Of a stretch of DNA of 44,484 bases, positions 10,417 to 22,578 are shown in pieces. The first letter of the stretch is position 1; the number at the start of each line of letters is the position of its first letter. This DNA comes from Gammaproteobacteria bacterium. GTDB taxonomy: Bacteria; Pseudomonadota; Gammaproteobacteria; Natronospirales; REEB76. The notes below the pieces were generated by a model. That model saw nothing but the letters and a program-made list of their open reading frames with translations. It searched no databases and was not told the DNA's origin. Position numbers and translations under genes: made by a program. The DNA is taken from assembly GCA_050739175.1 (NCBI GenBank), contig JBOIAZ010000132.1, forward strand, positions 1-44,484, written 5' to 3'.

Positions 10417-10432
10417 AACGCATCTCCTCTGC

Positions 10433-11020
10433 ATGAATACGTTGCACAGCTCTCAGTCCATCACGGAAGACGCCGCGCTCGCCGGGCCTGGATTGCTGCG
10501 GCGCTGGGCCTCCGGCTTGTACGACGCGCTGATTGTGTTGGCGATCTGCATCCTCGCCACTTTCCTGGTCATGCCCTTCACCCACAGTCGCGCGCTCGAA
10601 ACGCTTTACGCGCACAGCGGCGGACTGAAAGTGTCGTACCAGGTAGGACTGCTGATATTGGGCTATGTATTCTTCGGCGGCTTCTGGACGCACGGCGGCC
10701 AGACCATCGGCATGCGCACCTGGAAACTGCGGGTGGTGCGTCTTGATGGTGCGCGACTCGACTGGTACCGCGCACTGCTCCGCTATCTCGGCATGCTGAT
10801 TCCCTGGCTGCTGTTGCTGCTCGGCAGCGAGCTGTTGATGAGTGCGGTGCAGTCGCCGCAGGCGCTCGCCTGGCGCCTGGCCGGCGCGCTCGCCTTGCTG
10901 GCGGCACTCGCGGCCTTCCTGTGGCCGGCTTTTAACCGGCGACGCCTCGCCTGGCATGACCGCCTGTCCGGCACGCGTCTGGTGTTGTCCGGCAAGGCGG
11001 GCGGGGTCCCGTCCACCTGA
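10433..11020 (+). CDS. RDD family membrane protein
   Basis: 195 aa from MNTLHSS. It has RRWASGLYDALIV ... GGQTIGMRTWKLRVVRLDG ... RLAWHDRLSGTRLV (R..D..D signature) and 3-4 predicted TM helices. RDD genes commonly neighbour lptFG. Confidence 0.8.
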   Translation: MNTLHSSQSITEDAALAGPGLLRRWASGLYDALIVLAICILATFLVMPFTHSRALETLYAHSGGLKVSYQVGLLILGYVFFGGFWTHGGQTIGMRTWKLRVVRLDGARLDWYRALLRYLGMLIPWLLLLLGSELLMSAVQSPQALAWRLAGALALLAALAAFLWPAFNRRRLAWHDRLSGTRLVLSGKAGGVPST

Positions 11021-11143
11021 CGATTGCACCGCATTGCGTGCGCGCGCATTTGAGGTCTCATTGCAGATTGCTTATTATCTGTGCACCTTCAACTGGTATT
11101 CCGTACCGCTCGTAATCCGGCACGCGGACACCCGAGGACTGCC

Positions 11144-11554
11144 ATGAACAAACCCATATTGTCTTTTGCTTTCGCCATCGGCCTGATGCTCACGGTTCCC
11201 TGCAGCTTCGCGGCCGGGAATGCGAGTCAGGAAATCGCCACCGCGGCTGCGCACGCGCAAATGGCGGCGGCCGCTGCCAACAAGTCGACGGCGGACATGC
11301 ACCTGCATCACGTGATCAACTGCCTGGTGGGATCGGGCGACCGACGCTACGACGCCCAGGCCGGCGATCCATGCAAGGGCATGGGTAACGGCGCAATGCA
11401 CGATCTCGGGCATACTCCTGCCGAACATGTCCGGCTGCAACAGGCTCTCATGCAGGCGGAACTCGGCCTGCATGCCGACAGTCTGGACACGACCCATGAA
11501 GCAGCAAAGCGTGCCGCCGAAGCACTGAAGGCCTCCGGCCCGAACGAAGAATGA
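11144..11554 (+). CDS. hypothetical secreted protein (signal peptide; His/Cys-containing, helical)
   Basis: 136 aa from MNKPILSFAFAIGLMLTVPCSFAAG, a signal peptide with a probable AFA/AG cleavage site. I recognise no family. Confidence 0.6.
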   Translation: MNKPILSFAFAIGLMLTVPCSFAAGNASQEIATAAAHAQMAAAAANKSTADMHLHHVINCLVGSGDRRYDAQAGDPCKGMGNGAMHDLGHTPAEHVRLQQALMQAELGLHADSLDTTHEAAKRAAEALKASGPNEE

Positions 11555-11571
11555 TTGCGGAGCGGCGGCCT

Positions 11572-12639
11572 TCAGCGGATGCGGCTGACCGCAATGACGC
11601 TGATCGCGGCCAGCACGGCGGTGGGTAACCAGGCCGTGAGTATCGGATTCAGCCCGAAGACCACACCGCTCTGCATGAAGATGCTGTCGAAGATGAAGAA
11701 ACCGATGCCGATGAGCATGCCGGTGACCAGACGCTGACCGGTGGTGGCGGAGCGCATCGGGCCAAACACGAACGGCAGCGCCAGCACCACCATCACCAGC
11801 AGGGACAAGGGCTGGGCGATGCGGCTCCAGAACGCGGCCACGTAGCGATCAGCATTGATGTCATTGTTGCGCAGATACCTTATATATTGGTAAAGCCCGC
11901 GCGCCGACAGGCTGCCGCTGTCCACGGTAAACAAGCTCAGCAGGCCCGGACTCAGGAAGGTGTGCCACTCGCGGCTCGCGGCATTGACTGTGACCGCGCC
12001 CGCTGCGCCAAGCTCGGTACTGCGCACGTTCTCGAGTATCCAGCTGCCGTTCCTGAATGCGGCCGAGGTGGCGGTGCTCATCGCCAGCAGGTGATGCGCA
12101 TCGTCCACGCGGTAAATGAAAATCCCCTGGGCCGAATTGCGTCCGCTCATTTCACGGATATTGAGAAACACGCCGCCGTCGCGGGCCCAGATGCCGCCCA
12201 CCGTGCTGTTGGGGTTGTAGCCGGTGAGTTCGGCACGCCGCGCGTCGGCGTAGCGCTGCGCCGGCGGCGCCAGCCATTCGCCCAACGCCACGCACAGCAC
12301 CAGCAGCAGCACGCCACCGACCAGCGCCGACACGCCGAGGCGCGCCACCGACACGCCAGAGGTGCGCATCACCATCAGTTCGTTTTGGCTGGCGAGTTCT
12401 CCCAGGCCCAGTACGGTGCCGATCAGGGCCGCGATCACGCACATCTGATAAGCCTGCGTCGGCACGTAGAGCAGCGTGTAGAGCGCGGCATCTGCCAGCC
12501 GGTATTGCCCTTCGCCCACACTTTTGAGTTCGCCGACGAAAGTGATGATGCTCGCGAGCGCCGTCAGCACCAGCAGCACCAGCAGGCTGTTGAGGATGAC
12601 TTGCCAGGCCAGATGCCGGTCAATGACCCGTATGCGCAT
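11572..12639 (-). CDS. lptG: LPS export ABC transporter permease LptG
   Basis: 355 aa from MRIRVIDRHLAWQV, with the YjgP/YjgQ permease architecture. Its ATG overlaps the lptF TGA by 1 nt (TGATG). Confidence 0.9.
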   Translation of the reverse strand: MRIRVIDRHLAWQVILNSLLVLLVLTALASIITFVGELKSVGEGQYRLADAALYTLLYVPTQAYQMCVIAALIGTVLGLGELASQNELMVMRTSGVSVARLGVSALVGGVLLLVLCVALGEWLAPPAQRYADARRAELTGYNPNSTVGGIWARDGGVFLNIREMSGRNSAQGIFIYRVDDAHHLLAMSTATSAAFRNGSWILENVRSTELGAAGAVTVNAASREWHTFLSPGLLSLFTVDSGSLSARGLYQYIRYLRNNDINADRYVAAFWSRIAQPLSLLVMVVLALPFVFGPMRSATTGQRLVTGMLIGIGFFIFDSIFMQSGVVFGLNPILTAWLPTAVLAAISVIAVSRIR

Positions 12640-13733
12640 CACACCGTCCTGAACCTGAACCACAGGCCGCGCCAGCCGTATTGCCTGTACAGCAATACCA
12701 GCGCTGCGATCAGCAGCAGGGCCAGCACCCACCACACACCAATGGCCGCAGGCACCAGGTCCTTCTGCAGCCAGGCACGCGCCACTCCCAGCAGATTGCT
12801 GTAAATCACGTAGGCCAGAATCGCGATGAACAGGCGCCCATAGCGGCCCTGGCGCGGTGACGTGCGCGCCAGGGGCACGGCCAGGAACACCAGCAACAAG
12901 GTCGAGAGCGGCACCGACACGCGCCACTGGAATTCCGAGAGCGCGTCGGGCGAAGCCTCGCGCAGCAGCGCGTAGGTCGGCATGGCCGAATAGCTCGGCG
13001 TTCCTGCGGCGGGTGCACCCGGCGACAAGCGGATGCTGTATTGCGCAAATTTCACGATGCGGAAATCCGCCTTGCCCGGTTCGCCGTCGTAGCGGTAACC
13101 ATTGTGCAACACCAGCGTGCCCTCGCCCTGCGGGCCGGTAATCTTGCGCGTGCCGCTTGCGGCGGTGACCACATCCTGGCGTACACCATCGGGTCCGGCC
13201 ATGAATACATCGCGCAGTTCGCGCCCGCCGCTGCCGACACCGGCGGCATACAGCACGCCGCGGCCCTGTTGGTCCTGCTTGAAGCTGCCGGATTCAAAGC
13301 TGCCGACCTGCGCGTTGTGCTGGGCGTAACTGCGGATGATGTCGCTGGTGCGCGCCGCCCACGGCGCGACCTGCAGTGACAGCAGCGCCATTACCACCGC
13401 CAGCAGCGCAGCGATGACCAGCAGCGGGCGGTAAATCCCCATCGGTCCGACGCCGCAGGCCATGAAGGTGGTCATCTCGCTGTCGCGGTACAGACGTCCC
13501 AGCGCCAGCATCACCGCCAGGAACAGCGCCACCGGCACCACCACGATGAAATAACTCACCGAAGCCAGGCCGAGCAGCGCAAACACCGTGTCGCGCGGCA
13601 GCCGGCCGGCGGCGGCATCGCCGAGCAGGAGCGCAAAGCGATTGCTGAGCAGGATCAGCATGAGTATCACGGTGACCGCAACCCAGGTGAGCACGGTTTC
13701 ACGCGCCAGATAGCGATCAACAATGCGTAGCAC
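12639..13733 (-). CDS. lptF: LPS export ABC transporter permease LptF
   Basis: 364-aa ORF starting MLRIVDRYLARE. It is divergent from pepA, the canonical gammaproteobacterial arrangement. Confidence 0.9.
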   Translation of the reverse strand: MLRIVDRYLARETVLTWVAVTVILMLILLSNRFALLLGDAAAGRLPRDTVFALLGLASVSYFIVVVPVALFLAVMLALGRLYRDSEMTTFMACGVGPMGIYRPLLVIAALLAVVMALLSLQVAPWAARTSDIIRSYAQHNAQVGSFESGSFKQDQQGRGVLYAAGVGSGGRELRDVFMAGPDGVRQDVVTAASGTRKITGPQGEGTLVLHNGYRYDGEPGKADFRIVKFAQYSIRLSPGAPAAGTPSYSAMPTYALLREASPDALSEFQWRVSVPLSTLLLVFLAVPLARTSPRQGRYGRLFIAILAYVIYSNLLGVARAWLQKDLVPAAIGVWWVLALLLIAALVLLYRQYGWRGLWFRFRTV

Positions 13734-13862
13734 TCGCGCCTCCGCCGATGCCGGGTTGGGTTAGAATGACGCGGTCTCAAGCCACGCCCGGCCGCGACAA
13801 CCACGAACCGCATGATACGCCAGCCGCGCGTTCCGTCCGGGCGCTGGCACAAGGAATCCCTC

Positions 13863-15347
13863 ATGGAATTTTCCAGCAAATTTGCCGAGCTTCCAAGCCT
13901 GGCTTCAGGCTGTGTGGTGGTGGGCGTGTTCGACGGCGGCCGACTCACCCAACCCGCCCGCACGCTGGACCAGGCGAGCCGCGGACAACTCGCCAAGCTG
14001 GTCAAGAGCAGCGCATTCACCGGACGTCTCGGCCAAAGCCTGATGCTGTTCCAGGTCCCCGGCGTGGCCGCGGAGCGCGTGCTGCTCATCGGCTTGGGAA
14101 TGGAAGACGAATTCACCCTGCGCAACTACCGCAAGGCGGTGCACAAATCCGTGCAGGCAATGCTCGACAGCGGCGTAAAGCATGCAGCGCTGACCCTGGG
14201 CATGCTGAGCGTGCCGGATGCCGATGCGTATGCATGCGCCCGCCATGCGGTGGAATGCGCCGCCGATGCCGCTTACCGGTTTGAACAGTGCAAGAGCCAG
14301 CCCGAGAAGCCCAAGCCCGTGCTGCAGAAAATCAGCCTGCTTGTGTCCGGGCGCGACCAACTGGGCGCGGCCGAGCGTGGCATCGGGCACGGCGGCGCGA
14401 TTGCCGAGGGCGTGGCCCTCGCCAAGGATCTCGGCAACCTCCCGCCCAACATCTGCACGCCCGGTTATCTCGCCAACGAGGCGCGCAAACTCGGACGCGG
14501 CACCAAGCTCAAGGTCACGGTGCTGGAAGAAGCGCAGATGAAAAAACTCGGCATGGGAGCGCTGCTGGCGGTGTCGAGCGGCAGCAGCCAGCCGGCCAAG
14601 CTCATCATCATGGAATATCGCAGCGGGCCGAAAAACGCCAAGCCGCAGGTACTCGTGGGCAAAGGCATCACCTTCGATTCCGGCGGTATCTCCATCAAGC
14701 CCACGGCCGCGATGGACGAGATGAAATTCGACATGTGCGGCGCGGCCAGCGTATTCGGCACGCTCAAGGCCGTCATGCGCATGCAACTCAAGCTCAATCT
14801 CGTGGGCATCGTGCCGACATCCGAGAATCTGCCGGATGGCAAGGCGGTGAAACCCGCGGACATCGTCCGGACCATGTCCGGCCAGACCGTGGAAATCCTG
14901 AATACTGACGCCGAGGGGCGGTTGATCCTGTGCGATGCACTCACCTACGCGCAACGCTTCAAGCCCGCGGCGATCGTGGACATGGCCACGCTTACCGGCG
15001 CCTGCGTGATTGCACTCGGCAACGTCGTATCCGGCCTGTTCGGCAACGACAAAACACTGGTCAAGGAATTGTGGAATGCCGGCGAGAAAGCCGACGACCG
15101 CGCCTGGCACATGCCGCTGTACGATGATTACCAGGACGGCCTGAAAAGCAACTTTGCGGATTTTGCCAACGTGGCCGGGCGCGAAGGCGGAGCCATCACC
15201 GCGGCCTGCTACCTGTCGCGCTTCACCAAAAGCATGCGTTGGGCGCATCTCGACATCGCCGGTACCGCCTGGAAAAGCGGGGCAGAAAAAGGCGCCACCG
15301 GGCGCCCGGTGCCATTACTGGTGCAGTACTTGCTGGATCGTGCGTAG
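13863..15347 (+). CDS. pepA: leucyl aminopeptidase PepA (M17)
   Basis: 494 aa from MEFSSKF, with the M17 motifs VGKGITFDSGGISIKP and NTDAEGRLILCDAL. Confidence 0.92.
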   Translation: MEFSSKFAELPSLASGCVVVGVFDGGRLTQPARTLDQASRGQLAKLVKSSAFTGRLGQSLMLFQVPGVAAERVLLIGLGMEDEFTLRNYRKAVHKSVQAMLDSGVKHAALTLGMLSVPDADAYACARHAVECAADAAYRFEQCKSQPEKPKPVLQKISLLVSGRDQLGAAERGIGHGGAIAEGVALAKDLGNLPPNICTPGYLANEARKLGRGTKLKVTVLEEAQMKKLGMGALLAVSSGSSQPAKLIIMEYRSGPKNAKPQVLVGKGITFDSGGISIKPTAAMDEMKFDMCGAASVFGTLKAVMRMQLKLNLVGIVPTSENLPDGKAVKPADIVRTMSGQTVEILNTDAEGRLILCDALTYAQRFKPAAIVDMATLTGACVIALGNVVSGLFGNDKTLVKELWNAGEKADDRAWHMPLYDDYQDGLKSNFADFANVAGREGGAITAACYLSRFTKSMRWAHLDIAGTAWKSGAEKGATGRPVPLLVQYLLDRA

Positions 15348-15368
15348 CGCACAGCTAGGCACTCTTTG

Positions 15369-15405
15369 TCCCCTCTTTCTTCGAGGAGAGAGGCTGGGGT
15401 GAAGG
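15369..15405. repeat. REP-like element tcccctctttcttcgaggagagaggctggggtgaagg (hairpin 15372-15393)
   Basis: It lies between pepA and holC. It resembles the widespread ccctctccc...gggagaggg...ggggtgaggg intergenic palindromes of proteobacteria. That resemblance is from memory, not from a search. Confidence 0.4.
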
Positions 15406-15409
15406 TAAG

Positions 15410-15829
15410 ATGACCCAGATCGATTTCTACGTGCTCCCGGATACCACCCCGCGCGCACGCGCGTTGTTCGTGTGCCGGCTTGCGGAAAAAGTCTTCCACC
15501 TCGGCCAGCGCAGCTTTATCCACCTCTCCTCGGAGCGCGATGCGCGCGAGCTGGACGAACTCCTGTGGACGTTCCGTGACCGCAGTTTCCTGCCGCACGC
15601 GCTCGCCGCGGCCGCCGACGATGTGCCGGTGGTGCTCGGCTGCGGCCCGGAGCCGGCCGCGGACTGCCAGCTGCTCATCAACATGAGCGCTGCGGTACCC
15701 GAGTTCTTCAGCCGCTTCGAGCGCGTGGCGGAGGTCGTGGATGCCGACCCGCAAATCCGCGCCCAGGGACGCCAACGCTTCCGTTTTTACAAAGATCGCG
15801 GGTATGCTGTGGAGACCCACCAGCTGTGA
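15410..15829 (+). CDS. holC: DNA polymerase III subunit chi HolC
   Basis: 139-aa ORF starting MTQIDFYVLPD, with LLWTFRDRSFLPH. It sits in the pepA-holC-valS synteny. Confidence 0.88.
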   Translation: MTQIDFYVLPDTTPRARALFVCRLAEKVFHLGQRSFIHLSSERDARELDELLWTFRDRSFLPHALAAAADDVPVVLGCGPEPAADCQLLINMSAAVPEFFSRFERVAEVVDADPQIRAQGRQRFRFYKDRGYAVETHQL

Positions 15830-16164
15830 GCATATCCATGCCGCCCGTCAATCCGTTAGATACCCCAGCGATGCCGGATATCCCGGTACTGAACGAGGTC
15901 GTCACGCCGGGCAACGGCAAGCCGGTGGCGCCGAAAAACGGTACGGCAGCGGCCGCGCCGGCTGTAACCGCCCGACCCGAGGTCCGTCAGGATCTGCTGA
16001 CCGACATGCTGACCGAGCGCATCGCCGCGCTTACCGATCGGCTGTTGCGCGATGCCTCGAATGATATCCAGGACCTGCTCATGGACAAAATCTGGGAAAA
16101 ACTGCGCGTGGAAATCCCCGCCATCGTCGCCGAAGCGCTCGGGAAAAACGGTAACGACCGCTAG
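15826..16164 (+). CDS. conserved-position hypothetical protein (Pro/Ala-rich N-half, helical C-half)
   Basis: 112-aa ORF. Its GTG overlaps the holC stop (GTGA); an alternative ATG lies at 15838. A small ORF occupies this holC-valS slot in other gammaproteobacteria. I recognise no motif. Confidence 0.55.
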   Translation: MSISMPPVNPLDTPAMPDIPVLNEVVTPGNGKPVAPKNGTAAAAPAVTARPEVRQDLLTDMLTERIAALTDRLLRDASNDIQDLLMDKIWEKLRVEIPAIVAEALGKNGNDR

Positions 16165-16173
16165 CATTTCCAG

Positions 16174-16195
16174 GTAACGCCATCCGTGGCGTTAC
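16174..16195 (+). terminator. 9-bp stem hairpin gtaacgcca-tccg-tggcgttac downstream of the small ORF
   Basis: Perfect inverted repeat 10 nt after the stop at 16164. There is no T-tract, so it may be an attenuator or RNA-processing hairpin rather than a strong terminator. Confidence 0.35.
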
Positions 16196-16294
16196 TCGCT
16201 CGCACCGCCCAGACACGCACGCGCCGCACGTGCATTTGAATGCATCCGGCCCGCCATCCACGCCGGGTGTTCGCGGCTTGCGCCGCTCACCCAC

Positions 16295-16303
16295 TGCTAT
16301 AAT
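16295..16303 (+). promoter_or_regulatory. extended -10 promoter candidate (TGcTATAAT) upstream of valS
   Basis: Perfect TATAAT at 16298-16303 preceded by TGc, about 38 nt upstream of the valS ATG. There is no good -35 at canonical spacing. Confidence 0.4.
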
Positions 16304-16340
16304 CCCCCGCGCCGCCACGCAGCGGCTGCCCGTCTCGCGC

Positions 16341-19289
<2,949 letters not shown>

Positions 19290-19347
19290 ACCCCTGAGTG
19301 AGACAGGTACCGGTAGACTTGGGATTTGCCTATTCGGCTATCCACGG

Positions 19348-19839
19348 TCACGCGGCATCGCTGCCGGCGTCGCGGACCGGAAGCAACACGCGACGCTCGC
19401 GCGCGCACCACGAGATTATCAAACCGAATAAAACCATGGCCAGCAAGTTTTCGATGAACTCCCGCACGCCAAAATGGTGTGCCGGGAAGGGCGCTGCCGA
19501 CAGCGGCACCACCACGTAATTCATGACAAAAAATACCACGACGCCATAAGCGATTCCCGCAAATACCCAGCGCCGCCGCAACCAGGCGAGCCTGGACGCC
19601 ATGAGCACGAAAATGGCCGCGATCAGCAAACCCATGAACCATTGCAGCACCAGACCCAGAACGGCGGCCCCTGCGCCCCCGGCAAACGACGCTTTCCCGA
19701 GCGCGCCGCTGGCAATAGCGTGGAGAATGATGACGGGGCTGAGCCAGTTGATGAGTGATGCAGCGCCGATATCCACGGTGGCGGCAATCAGCCCGCCGGC
19801 CACAATCGCGCGCCAGGAAACCGGATTTTGATCCCGCAT
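19348..19839 (-). CDS. hypothetical inner-membrane protein (about 4 TM helices)
   Basis: 163 aa from MRDQNPVSWRAIVAGGLIAATVD. It is hydrophobic throughout. The start is chosen at an internal ATG of ORF 19348..19971. Confidence 0.6.
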   Translation of the reverse strand: MRDQNPVSWRAIVAGGLIAATVDIGAASLINWLSPVIILHAIASGALGKASFAGGAGAAVLGLVLQWFMGLLIAAIFVLMASRLAWLRRRWVFAGIAYGVVVFFVMNYVVVPLSAAPFPAHHFGVREFIENLLAMVLFGLIISWCARERRVLLPVRDAGSDAA

Positions 19840-19980
19840 GTCGTGTTCCCCGCAGATTCCGGCGCATCGCCAGTACGTACACGGAACTATAGCGCCTGCC
19901 CGCCGGTGCACACTCCGGAGATTCTGAAAACGAACTGATTCATTTCTAATGCGGTCGCGATCCGGCCGCATCCGGAGCTA

Positions 19981-20442
19981 TCAACCCCCAGGGCCGGGCG
20001 AGGTATTAAACATCATGATCGCGAGTTTCCAGTCACCGGACTGCCGTTGCCAGACCGAGAGATATTTGCCATACGCGGCCGTAGCCTGGCCGCCGGCATC
20101 GTGGCCCGTGAGCGTGTAGATTCCCCACGTATAACCGAGGTCGCCGGACGCATCCGCGCCCTGGAGTGTCCAACTCAGCTGGGTACCGGCAGGCAGGGCC
20201 TGCAGGCTCTGTTCGATGACCTTGCGGTTCTGCAGCGGCGCGCGCTGCTCCGGCAGCAACACGGCGTTATCCAGTGCATAGCGCCGGAATGCGGCGGCAA
20301 ATCCCTGCTGTGCGGACAACGTGGAAAATGCGTTGTCGGCACGCGTCAGTGCCTCGGTCGCCGCCGCACCACCATGGTTACTACAAGCCGCGAGCAACAC
20401 GCAGGCAAGCAGCACGACACAGACCGCTCGTCGGGAATTCAC
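19981..20442 (-). CDS. lipoprotein with SnoaL/NTF2-like (DUF4440-type) domain
   Basis: GTG start preceded by GGAGA. The signal peptide plus lipobox reads VNSRRAVCVVLLACVLLAAC. The C-terminal YLSVWQRQSGDWKLAIMMFN is typical of NTF2-like folds. Confidence 0.65.
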   Translation of the reverse strand: MNSRRAVCVVLLACVLLAACSNHGGAAATEALTRADNAFSTLSAQQGFAAAFRRYALDNAVLLPEQRAPLQNRKVIEQSLQALPAGTQLSWTLQGADASGDLGYTWGIYTLTGHDAGGQATAAYGKYLSVWQRQSGDWKLAIMMFNTSPGPGG

Positions 20443-20524
20443 GCAATCTCCGGGTGGTTGGGGCACGCATATTGTGGACGCCCAGCGGGTTTTAGCATAG
20501 TGTGAATCCTCAGGGAGGAATTGC

Positions 20525-21490
<966 letters not shown>

Positions 21491-21594
21491 AAATACAGCA
21501 GCGAGTGTAAATTGCGGGAACGGCGGTCCGCGCCGCGACGATAAATCGCGGTCGGGACGACCACACCCACAACCCAGGCACAACCGGGATTCCC

Positions 21595-22578
21595 ATGTTT
21601 TCCGCCACGCGCAAATTCCTGAGCCAGCACGTGTACGAATGGGCGCGCCGCCGCCAGGGCCAGGATGGCGACAGCCTGCGCCTGGACCACCGGCGCATCT
21701 ACATCCTGCCCACGCGTCAGGGCTGGATCTACGGATTGGCGCTGTTGTTCATGCTGCTCGCTTCCATGAATTACTCCAACAGCATGGGCTTCATGCTGGT
21801 GTTCGTGCTCACCGGCCTGGGCTTCACCGCCATGTATGCCTGCCACGCCAATCTCGCCGGATTGGAAATCACCGCCGGCAAACACCCCGCGGTGTTCGCC
21901 GGTGAGACCGCACGCTTCGTGCTGCACCTTGACAACCCGGGCCGCAGCACGCGCACCGCCGTCAGCCTGAGCGCAGCGCGCGGTGATGCCACGGTCACCG
22001 GCGATATCACCGCCGGCGGTCACGGCAGCGTGGCCGTGCCGTTGCACGCCGAACACCGCGGCTCGCTCAGTCTCGAGCGCCTGGTGGTGGAGACCGATTA
22101 TCCGTTCGCCCTGTTCCGCTCCTGGAGCTGGGTGTATATGGATCTCAGGGTACTGGTGTATCCCCAACCCGCGGAGGACGCGCCTCCCCTGCCTTGGCCT
22201 GAAGGTGGACGCGGCGGCGGCCGACCGACGAATCTCGGCGAAGAGGATTTCAGCAACTTGCGTGGTTACCGGCCCGGGGATTCGCCGCGGCACATCGCCT
22301 GGAAGGCTTCCGCGCGCGTCCAGAAGCTGCTCACCAAGCAATTTGCGGGCAGCGGTGAAGAACAGCGCTGGTTGGACTGGGACCAGCTGGCGGAACACGA
22401 CCCGGAAAAGCGCCTGTCCATCATGTGCCGGTGGGTCCTGACGGCACACGCCGAAAACCTGAATTACGGCCTGCGGTTGCCGGGCAAGACCATCGCCGTC
22501 GCCGGCGGTGCAACGCACCGCGACTACTGCCTGGAAGAGTTGGCGCTGTTTCAGGTACCGGGAGCACACGCGTCGTGA
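21595..22578 (+). CDS. DUF58 domain protein (MoxR-associated, two N-terminal TM helices)
   Basis: 327-aa ORF with EEDFSNLRGYRPGDSPRHIAWKASAR, the conserved DUF58 core. It immediately follows moxR. Confidence 0.85.
   Translation: MFSATRKFLSQHVYEWARRRQGQDGDSLRLDHRRIYILPTRQGWIYGLALLFMLLASMNYSNSMGFMLVFVLTGLGFTAMYACHANLAGLEITAGKHPAVFAGETARFVLHLDNPGRSTRTAVSLSAARGDATVTGDITAGGHGSVAVPLHAEHRGSLSLERLVVETDYPFALFRSWSWVYMDLRVLVYPQPAEDAPPLPWPEGGRGGGRPTNLGEEDFSNLRGYRPGDSPRHIAWKASARVQKLLTKQFAGSGEEQRWLDWDQLAEHDPEKRLSIMCRWVLTAHAENLNYGLRLPGKTIAVAGGATHRDYCLEELALFQVPGAHAS

Noticed and set aside
10340-10432. N-terminal extension of the RDD ORF (MQARGRIGLPPAVRYKAPTTPGRERQTHLLC)
   Set aside because: It runs through the hairpins and the tRNA 3'-end repeat. 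The RDD homology and hydrophobic profile start at MNTLHS (10433).
13905-15248. 447-aa ORF on the - strand
   Set aside because: It is antisense to pepA, which has unmistakable M17 motifs, and its composition is an artefact.
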